Origin: Cenarchaeum sp.
GTDB taxonomy: Archaea > Thermoproteota > Nitrososphaeria > Nitrososphaerales > Nitrosopumilaceae
Reading direction: 5' to 3'
Assembly: GCA_963692915.1 (NCBI GenBank)
Contig: OY843584.1
Location: forward strand, 384,001 to 448,000
DNA: 64,000 bases
This document shows, piece by piece, positions 24,492 to 34,414 of this stretch (positions are counted from its first letter, which is position 1; each line of letters starts with the position of its first letter). The notes under the pieces are model-generated. The model ran no database searches and was not told the origin of the DNA. It worked only from the letters and a program-made list of their open reading frames with translations. A program made the translations under genes and the position numbers.

Positions 24492-24971
24492 ATGATGAGC
24501 ACGCCGAAACCCGATTCCACAGAACTGCCCATACTGCTCCTTGGCACCCTGGGTACCATAAAGCGCAAAACTCGGCTGGAAAAGCTGGCCTTTCTGTGCG
24601 ATATGGAGGTATTCAAAAAGAGAAAGGTGTATGACGATTGGCTGCCATCTGCGTACGGCCCGTTTAGCACAAAGCTACATGATGACATCTCTGACCTTGC
24701 ATCCAAGAATATTGTGATTATGACTACTCAGGAGGGTGGATTTAACGAAGGCACATGCAAATATGCGCTGACGTCCGACGGGCGCAAAAAATATTCCCAG
24801 CTCATGAACCTGCATGTTAAAAAAGTCATACGCATATATGATCTGCTCCTGGCGTACAACCATATGGAGACAACTGTCCCGCTGATGGAGCGCGTATACC
24901 AGAAATATCCAAAATTCTTGTCAGCAATGTTGACATCCGCAGAAACGACTAACTCCAAGATGGGGAGCTGA
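24492..24971 (+). CDS. YwgA/SocA(Panacea)-like winged-helix protein in an AT-richer islet
   Basis: KTRLEKLAFL...W.PSAYGPFS..L.DDI..L...YALT.DG...VYQKYP signature. Confidence 0.7.
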   Translation: MMSTPKPDSTELPILLLGTLGTIKRKTRLEKLAFLCDMEVFKKRKVYDDWLPSAYGPFSTKLHDDISDLASKNIVIMTTQEGGFNEGTCKYALTSDGRKKYSQLMNLHVKKVIRIYDLLLAYNHMETTVPLMERVYQKYPKFLSAMLTSAETTNSKMGS

Positions 24972-24978
24972 TCCCCTG

Positions 24979-25485
24979 TTGTCATTGCACAACTCTACAT
25001 TGCAGGAAATTACCGCCGCGTTGATACGGTTGGAGACTGAACAGTTTGCGTATGTGGGGACATTTGAGCTGATTACGGGCGTTATCACATTCTTGGGACT
25101 CCTGTTTGCCTTGAGCCGCAGAATAGGTGGAGAATACGGAAAAATGCTTGAGCGTCTTTTTCAAATCCGCAAAATGCTGAAAGATGAACTGGAAAACCTT
25201 GGAGATGACAAGTCTATCTTGCTTGATCGATTTGATCAATATGTGTTCAATGCGACTAACATTGCTAAAGTTGAGTATCACAAACGTGAGTACACAATAA
25301 ACCACTTTGTGTGTTTTTTTCTAGGGGTGTTTGTACTTGTTGGCTATGGACTGGCCTTGCTGACAGAAGAGCTTCCATACAGCTTTTTTGCAACGATGAC
25401 AGTGATCGTGGTGTCAATGTGCCCTACTGTTATACACGCAATCAGGCACCATCGCCAAACAGTCAAATTTTCCTCCACCATGTGA
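24979..25485 (+). CDS. Hypothetical membrane protein (~3 TM helices), AT-rich
   Basis: Hydrophobic segments LITGVITFLGLLFAL, FVCFFLGVFVLVGYGLALL, FFATMTVIVVSMCPTVI; 7 nt after previous stop. Confidence 0.7.
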   Translation: MSLHNSTLQEITAALIRLETEQFAYVGTFELITGVITFLGLLFALSRRIGGEYGKMLERLFQIRKMLKDELENLGDDKSILLDRFDQYVFNATNIAKVEYHKREYTINHFVCFFLGVFVLVGYGLALLTEELPYSFFATMTVIVVSMCPTVIHAIRHHRQTVKFSSTM

Positions 25486-25623
25486 CTTTTGCCGATGTGC
25501 GCACCTTGTGTGACGTCCATCAGGACTGTCATCAATGCGTCCATTTACTAGGTCAGCTGTTGTGGGTTCGTTCTGCACGTGCGCACAAGTTAATACTCGG
25601 CACTCTGTGCTCGCATGCCGGGA

Positions 25624-26043
25624 ATGGGATACCGGTATGCTGACCATGTGACTGATGTCATCGTGGAAGTCGATGCGGCTAGCATTGATGACGCGTTTGC
25701 AGATGCTGCAGACGCGGTGGCAAACCTCACGTTGAATCCGTCTAGCGTTGCCGAGCGCGAGACGCGACCCATTGCAGCAGGTGGGCCGAACATGCACCAT
25801 GCGCTCCTTGACTGGCTAGAGGCGGCCAATCTTGTGATGATAACTGACGGGTTTGCCGTGCGGAGGTTTGAGGCGCGCGTCTCGGGGAGTGGCCCCTATG
25901 CCGTGCGTGGCATTGCGCACGGTGAGCCGCTGGACATCCAGGGGCACGGGTTCCGCGTCGAGGTCAAGGCTCCGACGTTTCACATGATGGACATCACCGA
26001 GTCACCGAATCGCGTGTCACTACGGTTTCTGCTTGACCTGTGA
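25624..26043 (+). CDS. Archease (RtcB cofactor)
   Basis: YRYADHVTD, EVKAPTFH, C-terminal LDL. Confidence 0.93.
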   Translation: MGYRYADHVTDVIVEVDAASIDDAFADAADAVANLTLNPSSVAERETRPIAAGGPNMHHALLDWLEAANLVMITDGFAVRRFEARVSGSGPYAVRGIAHGEPLDIQGHGFRVEVKAPTFHMMDITESPNRVSLRFLLDL

Positions 26044-26097
26044 CACGCCCACCACGCCCTGCTCAACTTATACGCCGGTGCGTGTGCGCCCCCCGCG

Positions 26098-26796
26098 ATG
26101 ACGACGCTCTTTCTTGACATCGAGACGGTGCCGGACCTTGATGCGGCCAGGTACAACGAGCTAAGGGCGATGGTCGAGGCGGGCACCCTCTCACCCGAAG
26201 TCGATCGCCTCGCATACTGGAAGTTCAAGAAAGCCGCGCTCTCGCCCATTGACGGGCGCGTCATGCTCATCACGTACAAGGTTGATGGCGCATACACACA
26301 CCACCTAAAAGAGTGGGAGGACGGCGAGAAACAGATACTCACCGACATGTTTAGGCTAGTCTTTGACCTGCAGCGTGGGCTTGGTGAGGGCCTGCGCATC
26401 GTTGGCCACAATATCATGAGGTTTGACATTAACTTTCTCTATGAGCGAATGCGCCACCACGAGATCGCAGAACCCGGCATACTCTACACAAAGATGATCC
26501 GCCAGCCCCTAGTTGCGGACTTTTTGCAGATGCACCTGCCGCTCAACGACATGAACGGCAAGGGGCTAAAGCACGACGTTTTGGCGCACGCGTACGGCCT
26601 GCCGACAAAGTCCACGCAGGGCTCTGACGAGACTGTGCACTATTTTGATGCAGACTATGGCCGGATAATGGAATACTCGGAACGCGAATTTATCTATCCA
26701 AACCTGTATGCAAAGATATGCTCGGACGGACTCGTCTCGCGCGAGACCCTGCAGGAGTCGATACGCTGGTATGACTCTCTGCACGAGAATGACTGA
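26098..26796 (+). CDS. Stand-alone DEDD 3'-5' exonuclease-like (RNase H fold, PolB-exo related) protein
   Basis: LFLDIETVP (Exo I), VGHNIMRFDINFL (Exo II), D-F-L, YSERE in Exo III position. Confidence 0.78.
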   Translation: MTTLFLDIETVPDLDAARYNELRAMVEAGTLSPEVDRLAYWKFKKAALSPIDGRVMLITYKVDGAYTHHLKEWEDGEKQILTDMFRLVFDLQRGLGEGLRIVGHNIMRFDINFLYERMRHHEIAEPGILYTKMIRQPLVADFLQMHLPLNDMNGKGLKHDVLAHAYGLPTKSTQGSDETVHYFDADYGRIMEYSEREFIYPNLYAKICSDGLVSRETLQESIRWYDSLHEND

Positions 26797-26805
26797 CCGC
26801 GCGCC

Positions 26806-27360
26806 TCACTTTAGCGTGTCAAGTATCGAGAGGCCCATGAGTCCGGTCAGAGTGATGCCCCTCCTCGTCACGTCGCGCCGCGTCTTTTCACAGTACTTGT
26901 TGACGCCCTGGTGGCCGCCAGAGACCTCTAGGACCATTATACTGTCGCTGAACGGGAACTCTAGGCGCGGCGGCACGCCGTAATAGCCCATGTGCGCGTA
27001 CGCCGCACTGCCGACCCTGTCACTCTTGCCGACAATGCGCGCAATCTCGCCCATCGCGTTTGCCGTGTCGCCGTACTCTGTATAGTATACGGAGACAAAG
27101 TTCCTGTCGCCCTCCGTCTCGCGCTCAAAGAGGCTCTCATCCACGCCGAAGACAAAGGACGCGCTCGCGCACTCCCTTGCGGCGACCTCCCTGCCGGCCT
27201 CTGCGCAGTCACTGACCTTTGCGAGGAGATAGTGGTTTGCATGCGGCGCAAAGTAGAGCTTGCCGTCATCAGAGAACGTCGCTGTCACAAAGTGCATCTC
27301 GCGCACATTGGGCGAGCCGACCCATGCCTCCTTTAGCTCGACTGAGCCGTGGTCGTGCAT
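26806..27360 (-). CDS. Conserved hypothetical protein
   Basis: Host-like codon usage from ATG 27360, TATA-like ATAAATA upstream. Confidence 0.7.
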   Translation of the reverse strand: MHDHGSVELKEAWVGSPNVREMHFVTATFSDDGKLYFAPHANHYLLAKVSDCAEAGREVAARECASASFVFGVDESLFERETEGDRNFVSVYYTEYGDTANAMGEIARIVGKSDRVGSAAYAHMGYYGVPPRLEFPFSDSIMVLEVSGGHQGVNKYCEKTRRDVTRRGITLTGLMGLSILDTLK

Positions 27361-27517
27361 GTACGGCGTGCATACGTACCCGCTTGTGCCCTGGGCGTGC
27401 CCTCCCACGGCGTGCGCAGGCGCGTCGGCGTATTTATGACTTGCCGGTGATCGCAGGGTTTCTCGGCGCGGGGCGCTGCGATAGTTATTTAACGCCGCGC
27501 CCTGCGGCGAGTGCCGT

Positions 27518-27638
27518 CCCAAGCTAGCTCAGCCTGGTAGAGCTCCCGGCTGTAGTTGCCGGCTTTGGGCTGGCGAAATGGCAGCATACTAGGCAGACAG
27601 AAACCGGGTTGTCGCAGGTTCAATTCCTGCGCTTGGGA
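27518..27638 (+). tRNA. tRNA-Tyr(GTA) with 47-nt intron at 37/38 (27556-27602)
   Basis: C1-G72 acceptor CCCAAGC/GCTTGGG-A; CCCGG-CTGTAG[intron]A-CCGGG; CTGT/ACAG BHB-type helix. Confidence 0.92.
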
Positions 27639-27686
27639 CACCATCCTGATGGCGTGCGTGCGCCTTGCGCGCGCGCATGGCCTGCG

Positions 27687-28739
27687 CTAGGGGTTGATGA
27701 CTGCCCTGCCGACTATCTTTCTTGCCTTTAGGTCAGAGAGTGCGGTGTTTGCGTCATCTAGGGAGTAGCGCCTCGAGACCATCGGCTTTATCGCGCCACT
27801 CCTCGCAAGGCCGATGAGCTCGACCATGTCGTCATACGTTCCGGTGTATGCCCCCTGTATCGTTATGGCCCTGAGCGGGATGCTGACGAGCGGCAGGGGC
27901 AGGATGCCGCCAAAGAGGCCGACCATGACGATGTTGCCCCGCTTTCTGACGACCTCTAGGGCGAGTCCGGCAGTCGGCGGCGCGTTGACAAAGTCAATGA
28001 CGCTCTCGGCGCCCGTCCCGCCGCACGCGTCTATGACCCTCTGCGCCACGCCCTCGCCGCTCGAGTTGACGGTGTGCGCGGCTCCCATCTCCCTGGCCGT
28101 CTCTAGCTTTGTGTCATCGAGGTCAACGCAGACGATGTTTGCCTCTGTGATCGCGCTTGCGATCTGGACGCCCATGAGCCCCAGGCCGCCGGCGCCGATA
28201 ATGACAATGTTCTTCGGTTTTGATTCTGCGGCCCTCTTTACTGCCGTGTATGCCGTGAGGCCAGAGCACGCAAGTGATGTCGCCTCGTCCATGCCTATCC
28301 CGTCGATCCTTGCGAGGTACTTTTGGCTAGGAACCGTCATCGTCTCGGCATACCCGCCGTCCTGGAATATGCCCATCGACCTTGGCGCGTCGCAGACGTT
28401 CTCCATGCCCTTTTCGCATGCTGGGCACGAGCCGCATCCTGCCCACGGGTACACGAGAACCTCGTCGCCGACTGCAAACCCGCCGGCCCCCTCGCCGAGC
28501 TCCTCGACGATACCGGCGACCTCATGGCCGGGCGTGACTGGAAAGCTCACCCCCCTGTCAGTCACCTTTAGGACCTTGCCATCACCCATGTCGTACCCGC
28601 CCTCCCAGAGGTGCAGGTCACTGTGGCACACGCCCGTGGCGCGCACGCGGATGCGGATCTCGCCGGCCCGCACGCTGCGATCAGGCGTCTCGGCTATCTC
28701 TAGTGGACGGCCCGCGGCGATGATTCTTGCGGCCTTCAT
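27687..28739 (-). CDS. Zn-dependent alcohol dehydrogenase (MDR family)
   Basis: GVCHSDLH, GHE, CGSCPAC..C, GAGGLG. Confidence 0.95.
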   Translation of the reverse strand: MKAARIIAAGRPLEIAETPDRSVRAGEIRIRVRATGVCHSDLHLWEGGYDMGDGKVLKVTDRGVSFPVTPGHEVAGIVEELGEGAGGFAVGDEVLVYPWAGCGSCPACEKGMENVCDAPRSMGIFQDGGYAETMTVPSQKYLARIDGIGMDEATSLACSGLTAYTAVKRAAESKPKNIVIIGAGGLGLMGVQIASAITEANIVCVDLDDTKLETAREMGAAHTVNSSGEGVAQRVIDACGGTGAESVIDFVNAPPTAGLALEVVRKRGNIVMVGLFGGILPLPLVSIPLRAITIQGAYTGTYDDMVELIGLARSGAIKPMVSRRYSLDDANTALSDLKARKIVGRAVINP

Positions 28740-28837
28740 TGGACGCTGCGCCTGCCGCTAACAATATAAGAGTTGACTGGACAAGGCAAAAAAGTAGAGC
28801 GCACCGTAATTATCTGGGATTTGCGCGCCGCTGCGCC

Positions 28838-29515
28838 ATGGAGGAGGCAGTTGTGCGCAAGGATCTCTCCGAGGAGCCAGTCAACATACTCTTCAATCCG
28901 GCCTCGCTGAGCAAAAAGAACGTCTGGGACGTCGATATAGTGGCCATCCTGGACATCCTCGTGGCGATCCTCGAAAAGTCCGGCAAGAAGGACCTTCGGG
29001 TCGCCGGCATGGCGGCCCTCACGTCCTCGCTCATATACCGCCTCAAGGTCGAGAGCATATTCGCGCTCCACAGGGAGGCTGACAGGGTCGCCCCCCGGCA
29101 GCGGCGCGACGTCGACATTCGGATGATCGGCGTCCCGTACCGCCACGAGTCGACATCGCCCGTCTCCCTTGACGACCTCCTTGGCCTCCTTGAGAGCCTC
29201 ATAATGACTATCGCCAACCCGCGCGAGCGCCGCCGCAGCAAGCTCCTCGAGCCGGCCGAGCCGCCGGACTTTGAGGACTATTTCGTCTCCATCGAGAGCA
29301 TAATCGGCAAGTACGAGGACCTCCTTGTCCGCAAGGCCGGTCCTGGCGGAACGGCGCTCCTCGGCGATATCGTCTCCGGCCTTGAGCTCATCGACCGCAT
29401 ACGCTGCTTTTTTGCCGCGCTGTTTCTGGCGCGTGACGCGCGCGCCGAGCTCGAGCAGGAGGGCGATGACATCCGCATAACGCTCGTCGGCGAGGCGCCG
29501 CAGGCGGGGGCATAG
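28838..29515 (+). CDS. scpA: Segregation and condensation protein A (kleisin)
   Basis: WDVDIV.I, LIYRLK, FFAALFL...LEQE; adjacent to scpB. Confidence 0.85.
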   Translation: MEEAVVRKDLSEEPVNILFNPASLSKKNVWDVDIVAILDILVAILEKSGKKDLRVAGMAALTSSLIYRLKVESIFALHREADRVAPRQRRDVDIRMIGVPYRHESTSPVSLDDLLGLLESLIMTIANPRERRRSKLLEPAEPPDFEDYFVSIESIIGKYEDLLVRKAGPGGTALLGDIVSGLELIDRIRCFFAALFLARDARAELEQEGDDIRITLVGEAPQAGA

Positions 29516-29522
29516 CCGGCCC

Positions 29523-30065
29523 ATGAAAAAGGTTGACAGCACGCGCGAGGCCACAGCAAGGGTCGAGGCCGCGCTCTACTCCTCTGGCCGCCCAATGCAA
29601 ATAGAGGAGCTCATTCGCGCATCAGGGACCGAGTCGCGCCCGCGCACGCTGGCCATACTCGAGTCGATAATAAAGCGCGCACGCGCAGCCTTTTGCGCGA
29701 TCGAGGTGATCAGGCAGCCTGACGGCTCGTACGTGCTGCAGCTAAAGCCCGAGTATAGCGGCACGATCCGCCGTTATGCGTCAAAGCCGATCCTCCCAAA
29801 CTCGACGCTAAAGACGCTCTCATACATCGTCTATGCGCAGCCCGTCTCGTCTAAGGATCTCGTCGAGGTTCGCGGGACGGGCGTGTACTCGCACCTAAAG
29901 GAGCTGCGCCAGCTCGACTTTGTGCGCCACGAGTCTGTCGGCCGCACAAAGATATTCTCGACGACCGTAAAGTTCCAAAAGTACTTTGGCGTGTCCGGTG
30001 ATGACCTAAAGGCCCAGATATTCTCGAGCAAAAAGGCAAAGGGTCGCGCCGTGGCAGCCACCTAG
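29523..30065 (+). CDS. scpB: Segregation and condensation protein B
   Basis: VEAALY, LKTLSYIVYAQPV, VRG, TTVKFQKYFG. Confidence 0.92.
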   Translation: MKKVDSTREATARVEAALYSSGRPMQIEELIRASGTESRPRTLAILESIIKRARAAFCAIEVIRQPDGSYVLQLKPEYSGTIRRYASKPILPNSTLKTLSYIVYAQPVSSKDLVEVRGTGVYSHLKELRQLDFVRHESVGRTKIFSTTVKFQKYFGVSGDDLKAQIFSSKKAKGRAVAAT

Positions 30066-30189
30066 TGCGCGCGATGCGCGCCTGACGCCGGCCGCGCGCC
30101 TCGCTCGAGTCCAGGTGCCGTGCCTCCTGCCGTGTGCGCCGGTGCGCCATGGCTCACTATTTTTAAGTGGGCGTGTGCGCTCATCCCGC

Positions 30190-30972
30190 ATGGTCGACGG
30201 GCGAGCGCTGCGCATGGGGCGCATCATGCGCGAGGGCAAGATGCTGTGCATTCCGATGGATCACGGCATCTCTAATGGCCCGATTGCGGGCCTGGAGGAC
30301 CCGCACTCGGTCATATCGGCGTGTGACGGCCATGGCCTCACGTGCGTTATCGTGAACAAGGGCATCGTGCGCACGATGCCCTCGCCGCCGCAGGCGGGCA
30401 TACTGGTCCACTTTTCGGCTAGCACGTCGCTCTCGCCGTACCCGAACAGAAAGATGATCACCGGCACAGTCGAGGAGGCCGTGCGCATCGGCGCTGATGG
30501 CGTCTCGCTCCACATCAACGTCGGCGGCAAGGAGGAGCCAGAGATGCTCGAGCAGCTCGGCACGGTGGCCGACGCGTGCGACGAGTGGGGCATGCCGCTT
30601 CTCGCAATGATGTACCCGCGCGGGGAGAACATTGGCGATCCGCACGATGAGGCGACCGTGGCCCATGCGGCGCGCATTGGCGCCGAGTGCGGCGCAGACA
30701 TTGTAAAGACGGTCTATACGGGAGATGCGGACTCGTTTGCGCGCGTTGTGAGATCCACGCCGGTTCCCGTCGTCATCGCCGGCGGGCCGCGTGCCGATAC
30801 TGACATGGACACGCTGGCAATGACGGCTGACGCAATGCGCGCCGGCGCTGCCGGTGTCACATACGGGAGGAACATCTTTGCGCACGCCTCGCCGCCACGC
30901 ATGGTCGAGTCACTCGCTGGCATAATATTTGACGGCAAGTCCGCAGCAGAGGCCGCAGAGGGACTTGGCTAG
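30190..30972 (+). CDS. 2-amino-3,7-dideoxy-D-threo-hept-6-ulosonate synthase (class I aldolase, AroA')
   Basis: PMDHG, MMYPRG, GADIVKT, AGG, YGRNIF; first gene of archaeal shikimate cluster. Confidence 0.92.
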   Translation: MVDGRALRMGRIMREGKMLCIPMDHGISNGPIAGLEDPHSVISACDGHGLTCVIVNKGIVRTMPSPPQAGILVHFSASTSLSPYPNRKMITGTVEEAVRIGADGVSLHINVGGKEEPEMLEQLGTVADACDEWGMPLLAMMYPRGENIGDPHDEATVAHAARIGAECGADIVKTVYTGDADSFARVVRSTPVPVVIAGGPRADTDMDTLAMTADAMRAGAAGVTYGRNIFAHASPPRMVESLAGIIFDGKSAAEAAEGLG

Positions 30973-32023
30973 CGCGCGCGAGCTTGTCATTGTGCCAAAG
31001 GTCGCGCGCTCGCGCCTTGGCGCCTTTGCGCGCGAGGCGATCTCGGCGGGCGCAACGATGGTCTATGCCGATCCCGCAGCGCTCGGCGCTGCGCGCGTCC
31101 CCACAATGCACACGTCACAGTCAGCCGGCCACGTGGTCCTAGAGGGCACTGCGCGTCCGCGCCGCGTGCGCGGCAAAAAGGTTGGCCGGCGGTTTCGGAT
31201 ACTCTCAAATGAGGACATTGACGGGGTTTTAAAGGCCGCATCGGCCGGACTCGACTTTGTCATAGTCGACGTGAGGGACTGGAGGATAATCCCCCTAGAG
31301 AACGTTATCGCAAAGCTCCACAAGGCCCACACGCGCATATTTGCCTCGGCGCGCACGCCTGCCGAGGTCCGCAAGATGTTCTCGATACTCGAGGTAGGCG
31401 TTGATGGCGTCATATTCACGGCGTCCTCGATAGGGGCCGTGCGCGAGGCCACGCTGTACCTGGGCTCCAAAAAGTTTGCCCTCGAGGCGGCCAGGGTGAC
31501 TGAGGTCCGCGAGGTCGGCGACGGCGAGCGCGTCTGCGTGGACACGGCCTCGATGCTCCACAGGGGCGAGGGGATGCTTGTGGGGAGCCAGTCCAACTTT
31601 ATGTTCCTCGTTCACAACGAGTCAGTCGGCTCGTCGTTCACGTCACCGCGCCCGTTTCGCGTCAACGCCGGCGCGGTCCACTGCTATACGACGATGCCCG
31701 ATGGCACGACTAGCTATCTGTCAGAGCTAGAGTCAGGCAGCGAGATACTCGTCATGGGCCGCGGGGGAAACGCGCGGCGCGCCACAGTCGGGCGCTCAAA
31801 GATCGAGCGGCGCCCAATGCTCCTTGTAAAGGCCGAGACGTCCGGCGGCTCTGGCGGGATAATAGCGCAGGACGCCGAGACGATACGCTTTGTAAAGCCC
31901 GGCGGGAGCCTGGTCTCAGTCACGCACCTAAAGCGCGGCGACTCTGTCATGGTGCACTCTGCACCTGCGCGCGGGAGGCACTTTGGGATGGAGGTCTCTG
32001 ACGAGTACATCCTTGAAAAGTGA
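30965..32023 (+). CDS. 3-dehydroquinate synthase type II (AroB')
   Basis: WRIIPLEN, GERVCVDT, RPFRVNAGAVH, QDAETIR, RHFGM; TTG start assumed. Confidence 0.95.
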   Translation: MASARELVIVPKVARSRLGAFAREAISAGATMVYADPAALGAARVPTMHTSQSAGHVVLEGTARPRRVRGKKVGRRFRILSNEDIDGVLKAASAGLDFVIVDVRDWRIIPLENVIAKLHKAHTRIFASARTPAEVRKMFSILEVGVDGVIFTASSIGAVREATLYLGSKKFALEAARVTEVREVGDGERVCVDTASMLHRGEGMLVGSQSNFMFLVHNESVGSSFTSPRPFRVNAGAVHCYTTMPDGTTSYLSELESGSEILVMGRGGNARRATVGRSKIERRPMLLVKAETSGGSGGIIAQDAETIRFVKPGGSLVSVTHLKRGDSVMVHSAPARGRHFGMEVSDEYILEK

Positions 32024-32708
32024 GGCCAAATACCGGACGTGCGTGTCAGTTGCCGAGCCGACGCCGCGCAAGATGGCATCCTCGCTGCGCCGCGCCATGG
32101 CGAGCTCTGACTATGCGGAGCTCCGCCTGGACTTTATGCGCGCAGCCGACGTGCCTGACGCACTCGAGCTTGCCGTGCCATACATGCACAGGTGCGTCTG
32201 CACGCTGCGCCCAATGCACGAGGGCGGCAGGTTTGCCGGCACCGAGGAGGAGCGCATATCGACACTAAAGCTCGCCGCCGAATACTCGCCGATGCTCCTT
32301 GATGTCGAGCTGCGCACAATGTCCTCGCGCGCCTCGCTCAGGCGGTACCTGTCTGGCGCCGGCGCGCGCGTCCTCGTCTCGTGGCACGACTTTTCCGGGA
32401 CCCCGTCAGCCGGCGCGCTCAGGGCGCGCCTTGCCTCGATGTCGCGCTACTCGAGTGACATCAAGATTGTCACGACGGCGCGCTCTGAGCTTGACCCGTC
32501 GCGCGTCCTTGCGCTCTATTCGCACGCGACGCCCTCGAGGCTAGTCGCCTTCTGCATGGGCGAGGCCGGCCGCGCCTCGCGCGTGCTCTGCCTGTGCCTT
32601 GGCAGCCCGTTCACGTACGCCTCGCTAGGCGCCCCCGTCGCTGCCGGCCAGATGCGCATAGGCGAGCTCAGGCGCCTCCTGCCCGCGCAGGCCCGCTATA
32701 CCCTTTAA
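32013..32708 (+). CDS. aroD: 3-dehydroquinate dehydratase type I
   Basis: ELRLD, TLRP..EGG, DVE, SWHDF, GQ motif; TTG start assumed. Confidence 0.92.
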   Translation: MKSEAKYRTCVSVAEPTPRKMASSLRRAMASSDYAELRLDFMRAADVPDALELAVPYMHRCVCTLRPMHEGGRFAGTEEERISTLKLAAEYSPMLLDVELRTMSSRASLRRYLSGAGARVLVSWHDFSGTPSAGALRARLASMSRYSSDIKIVTTARSELDPSRVLALYSHATPSRLVAFCMGEAGRASRVLCLCLGSPFTYASLGAPVAAGQMRIGELRRLLPAQARYTL

Positions 32709-33560
32709 ATGACGAGCGCCCAAATACCCGCCGTGCAGGGGACATACGCCGTGATAGGCGACCCGATTGACCACTCGCTCTCGCCGGCTGCCCACAATGC
32801 GGCATTTCGCGAGCTCGGGATGGACTCGTCATACATCGCATACCGGATACGGCGCGGCGACCTGCGTGATGGCCTCGAGTCCCTTGCCGCTGCGCGCATT
32901 GTTGGCTTTAACGTGACGATCCCGCACAAGGTTGACATTATGGAGTACCTTGACTCGACTGATGCCGAATGTGAGGGCGTCGGCGCATGCAACACGGTTC
33001 GCATCGACGGCGGTCGCCTCGAGGGCCACAACACGGACGTGCGCGGCTTTGTGGATCCGTTCACGAGGCGTGACATACGCGTGAGGGGCAGGACGGCCCT
33101 CGTGTTGGGCTCGGGCGGCGCTGCGCGCGCAGTCGTCCTTGGCCTTGCGCGCAGCGGGGTGAGCAGCATTGTCATCGCTGCCCGCTCACCGGCCCGTGCG
33201 CAGGATCTCGTCGCACTCGCGGGCCGTTCAGGCGTTGCGGCCTCGCATGTCGGGATGGACGGTGCGGCGGGCACTGCTGTCGGCTCGGGCGTCATCGTCA
33301 ACGCCACGCCGATCGGGATGAGGGGCGAGGAGAGCCCAGTTCCTGCCGCCTCTATCGGGGCCGACTCTGTGGTCTATGATATCGTGTACAGGCCAATGAA
33401 GACGGCCCTCATCGAGTGCGCGCTTGCGCGCGGCGCAACAGTCGTGTACGGCCATGAGATGCTCGTGGGCCAGGCCATGGGCTCATTTGAGATATGGCAT
33501 GGCGTTCCGGCGCCGTACGGGCCGATGAGGGGGGCAATCCTGGGGGTTGGCCACGCATGA
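32709..33560 (+). CDS. aroE: Shikimate dehydrogenase
   Basis: GDPIDHSLSP, NVTIPHK, NTD, GSGGAA, NATPIGM. Confidence 0.95.
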   Translation: MTSAQIPAVQGTYAVIGDPIDHSLSPAAHNAAFRELGMDSSYIAYRIRRGDLRDGLESLAAARIVGFNVTIPHKVDIMEYLDSTDAECEGVGACNTVRIDGGRLEGHNTDVRGFVDPFTRRDIRVRGRTALVLGSGGAARAVVLGLARSGVSSIVIAARSPARAQDLVALAGRSGVAASHVGMDGAAGTAVGSGVIVNATPIGMRGEESPVPAASIGADSVVYDIVYRPMKTALIECALARGATVVYGHEMLVGQAMGSFEIWHGVPAPYGPMRGAILGVGHA

Positions 33561-34414
33561 TGCGCACGCGCGCCGAGATATTTGGCGCGATATCGCTTGT
33601 CAACGCCATTGCGACTGGGCGCGGCGCCACAATGGGCGTTGCGCTAAAGACCACATGCACGCTTGATGTGATGCCGGGCACGGGCATCACGGTAAAGTCC
33701 GGCATGCGCAGCCTGAGCTCGCGCCTCGTCGAGACTACTGTCGAGCGCGTTGTGGCAAAGCGCGACCTCGCAAAGTACGCGCTGCGCGTGCAGCTCGAGT
33801 CAGACGTCCCGTCCGGATACGGCCTAAAGAGCTCGAGTGCCATATCGCTGGCAGTCGCCATGTGCTGCTCGCACGCGCTCCATCCCGGAATGTCAGACCG
33901 TGCGCTCCTCGTGGCCAGCGCCGAGGCGTCGATCTCGGCGCGAGTGAGCATAACTGGCGCGTACGATGACGCGTGCGCGTGCTATTATGGGGGAATCAAC
34001 ATTACTGACAACACGGCGCGGCGCCTCGTGCGCCACCAGGACGCGCCAGATGACCTTGATGTGGCCATACTCATCCCGCGCGCCCGAAAGCGCGGCAAGC
34101 CGCGCGAGCTGCGCGAGCTGCGCGCGCCCATGCGCGCCGCATGGGACATGGCCCGCGACCATGACGACTATTGGAACGCGATGACGCTAAACGGCCTTGC
34201 CGCAACGCCTGTCCTCGGCCCGGACACCGGCGCCATAGCGTCGCTCATCGAGGCTGGCGCCCTCGGCGCGTCAGTCTCGGGCAACGGGCCGGCGGTGGCC
34301 GCCGTCGCGCCGCACGGCGACATTGGCGCCGTGGCCGGCGTCCTCTCGTCGATGGGCGGGCGCGTGATTCGCACGACGCCGAGCTGCCAAAAGGCGCGGT
34401 GCTCCATACTTTGA
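33557..34414 (+). CDS. aroK: Shikimate kinase (archaeal GHMP type)
   Basis: GAISLVNAIATG, PSGYGLKSSSA, TGAYDDA, SGNGP. Confidence 0.94.
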   Translation: MMRTRAEIFGAISLVNAIATGRGATMGVALKTTCTLDVMPGTGITVKSGMRSLSSRLVETTVERVVAKRDLAKYALRVQLESDVPSGYGLKSSSAISLAVAMCCSHALHPGMSDRALLVASAEASISARVSITGAYDDACACYYGGINITDNTARRLVRHQDAPDDLDVAILIPRARKRGKPRELRELRAPMRAAWDMARDHDDYWNAMTLNGLAATPVLGPDTGAIASLIEAGALGASVSGNGPAVAAVAPHGDIGAVAGVLSSMGGRVIRTTPSCQKARCSIL

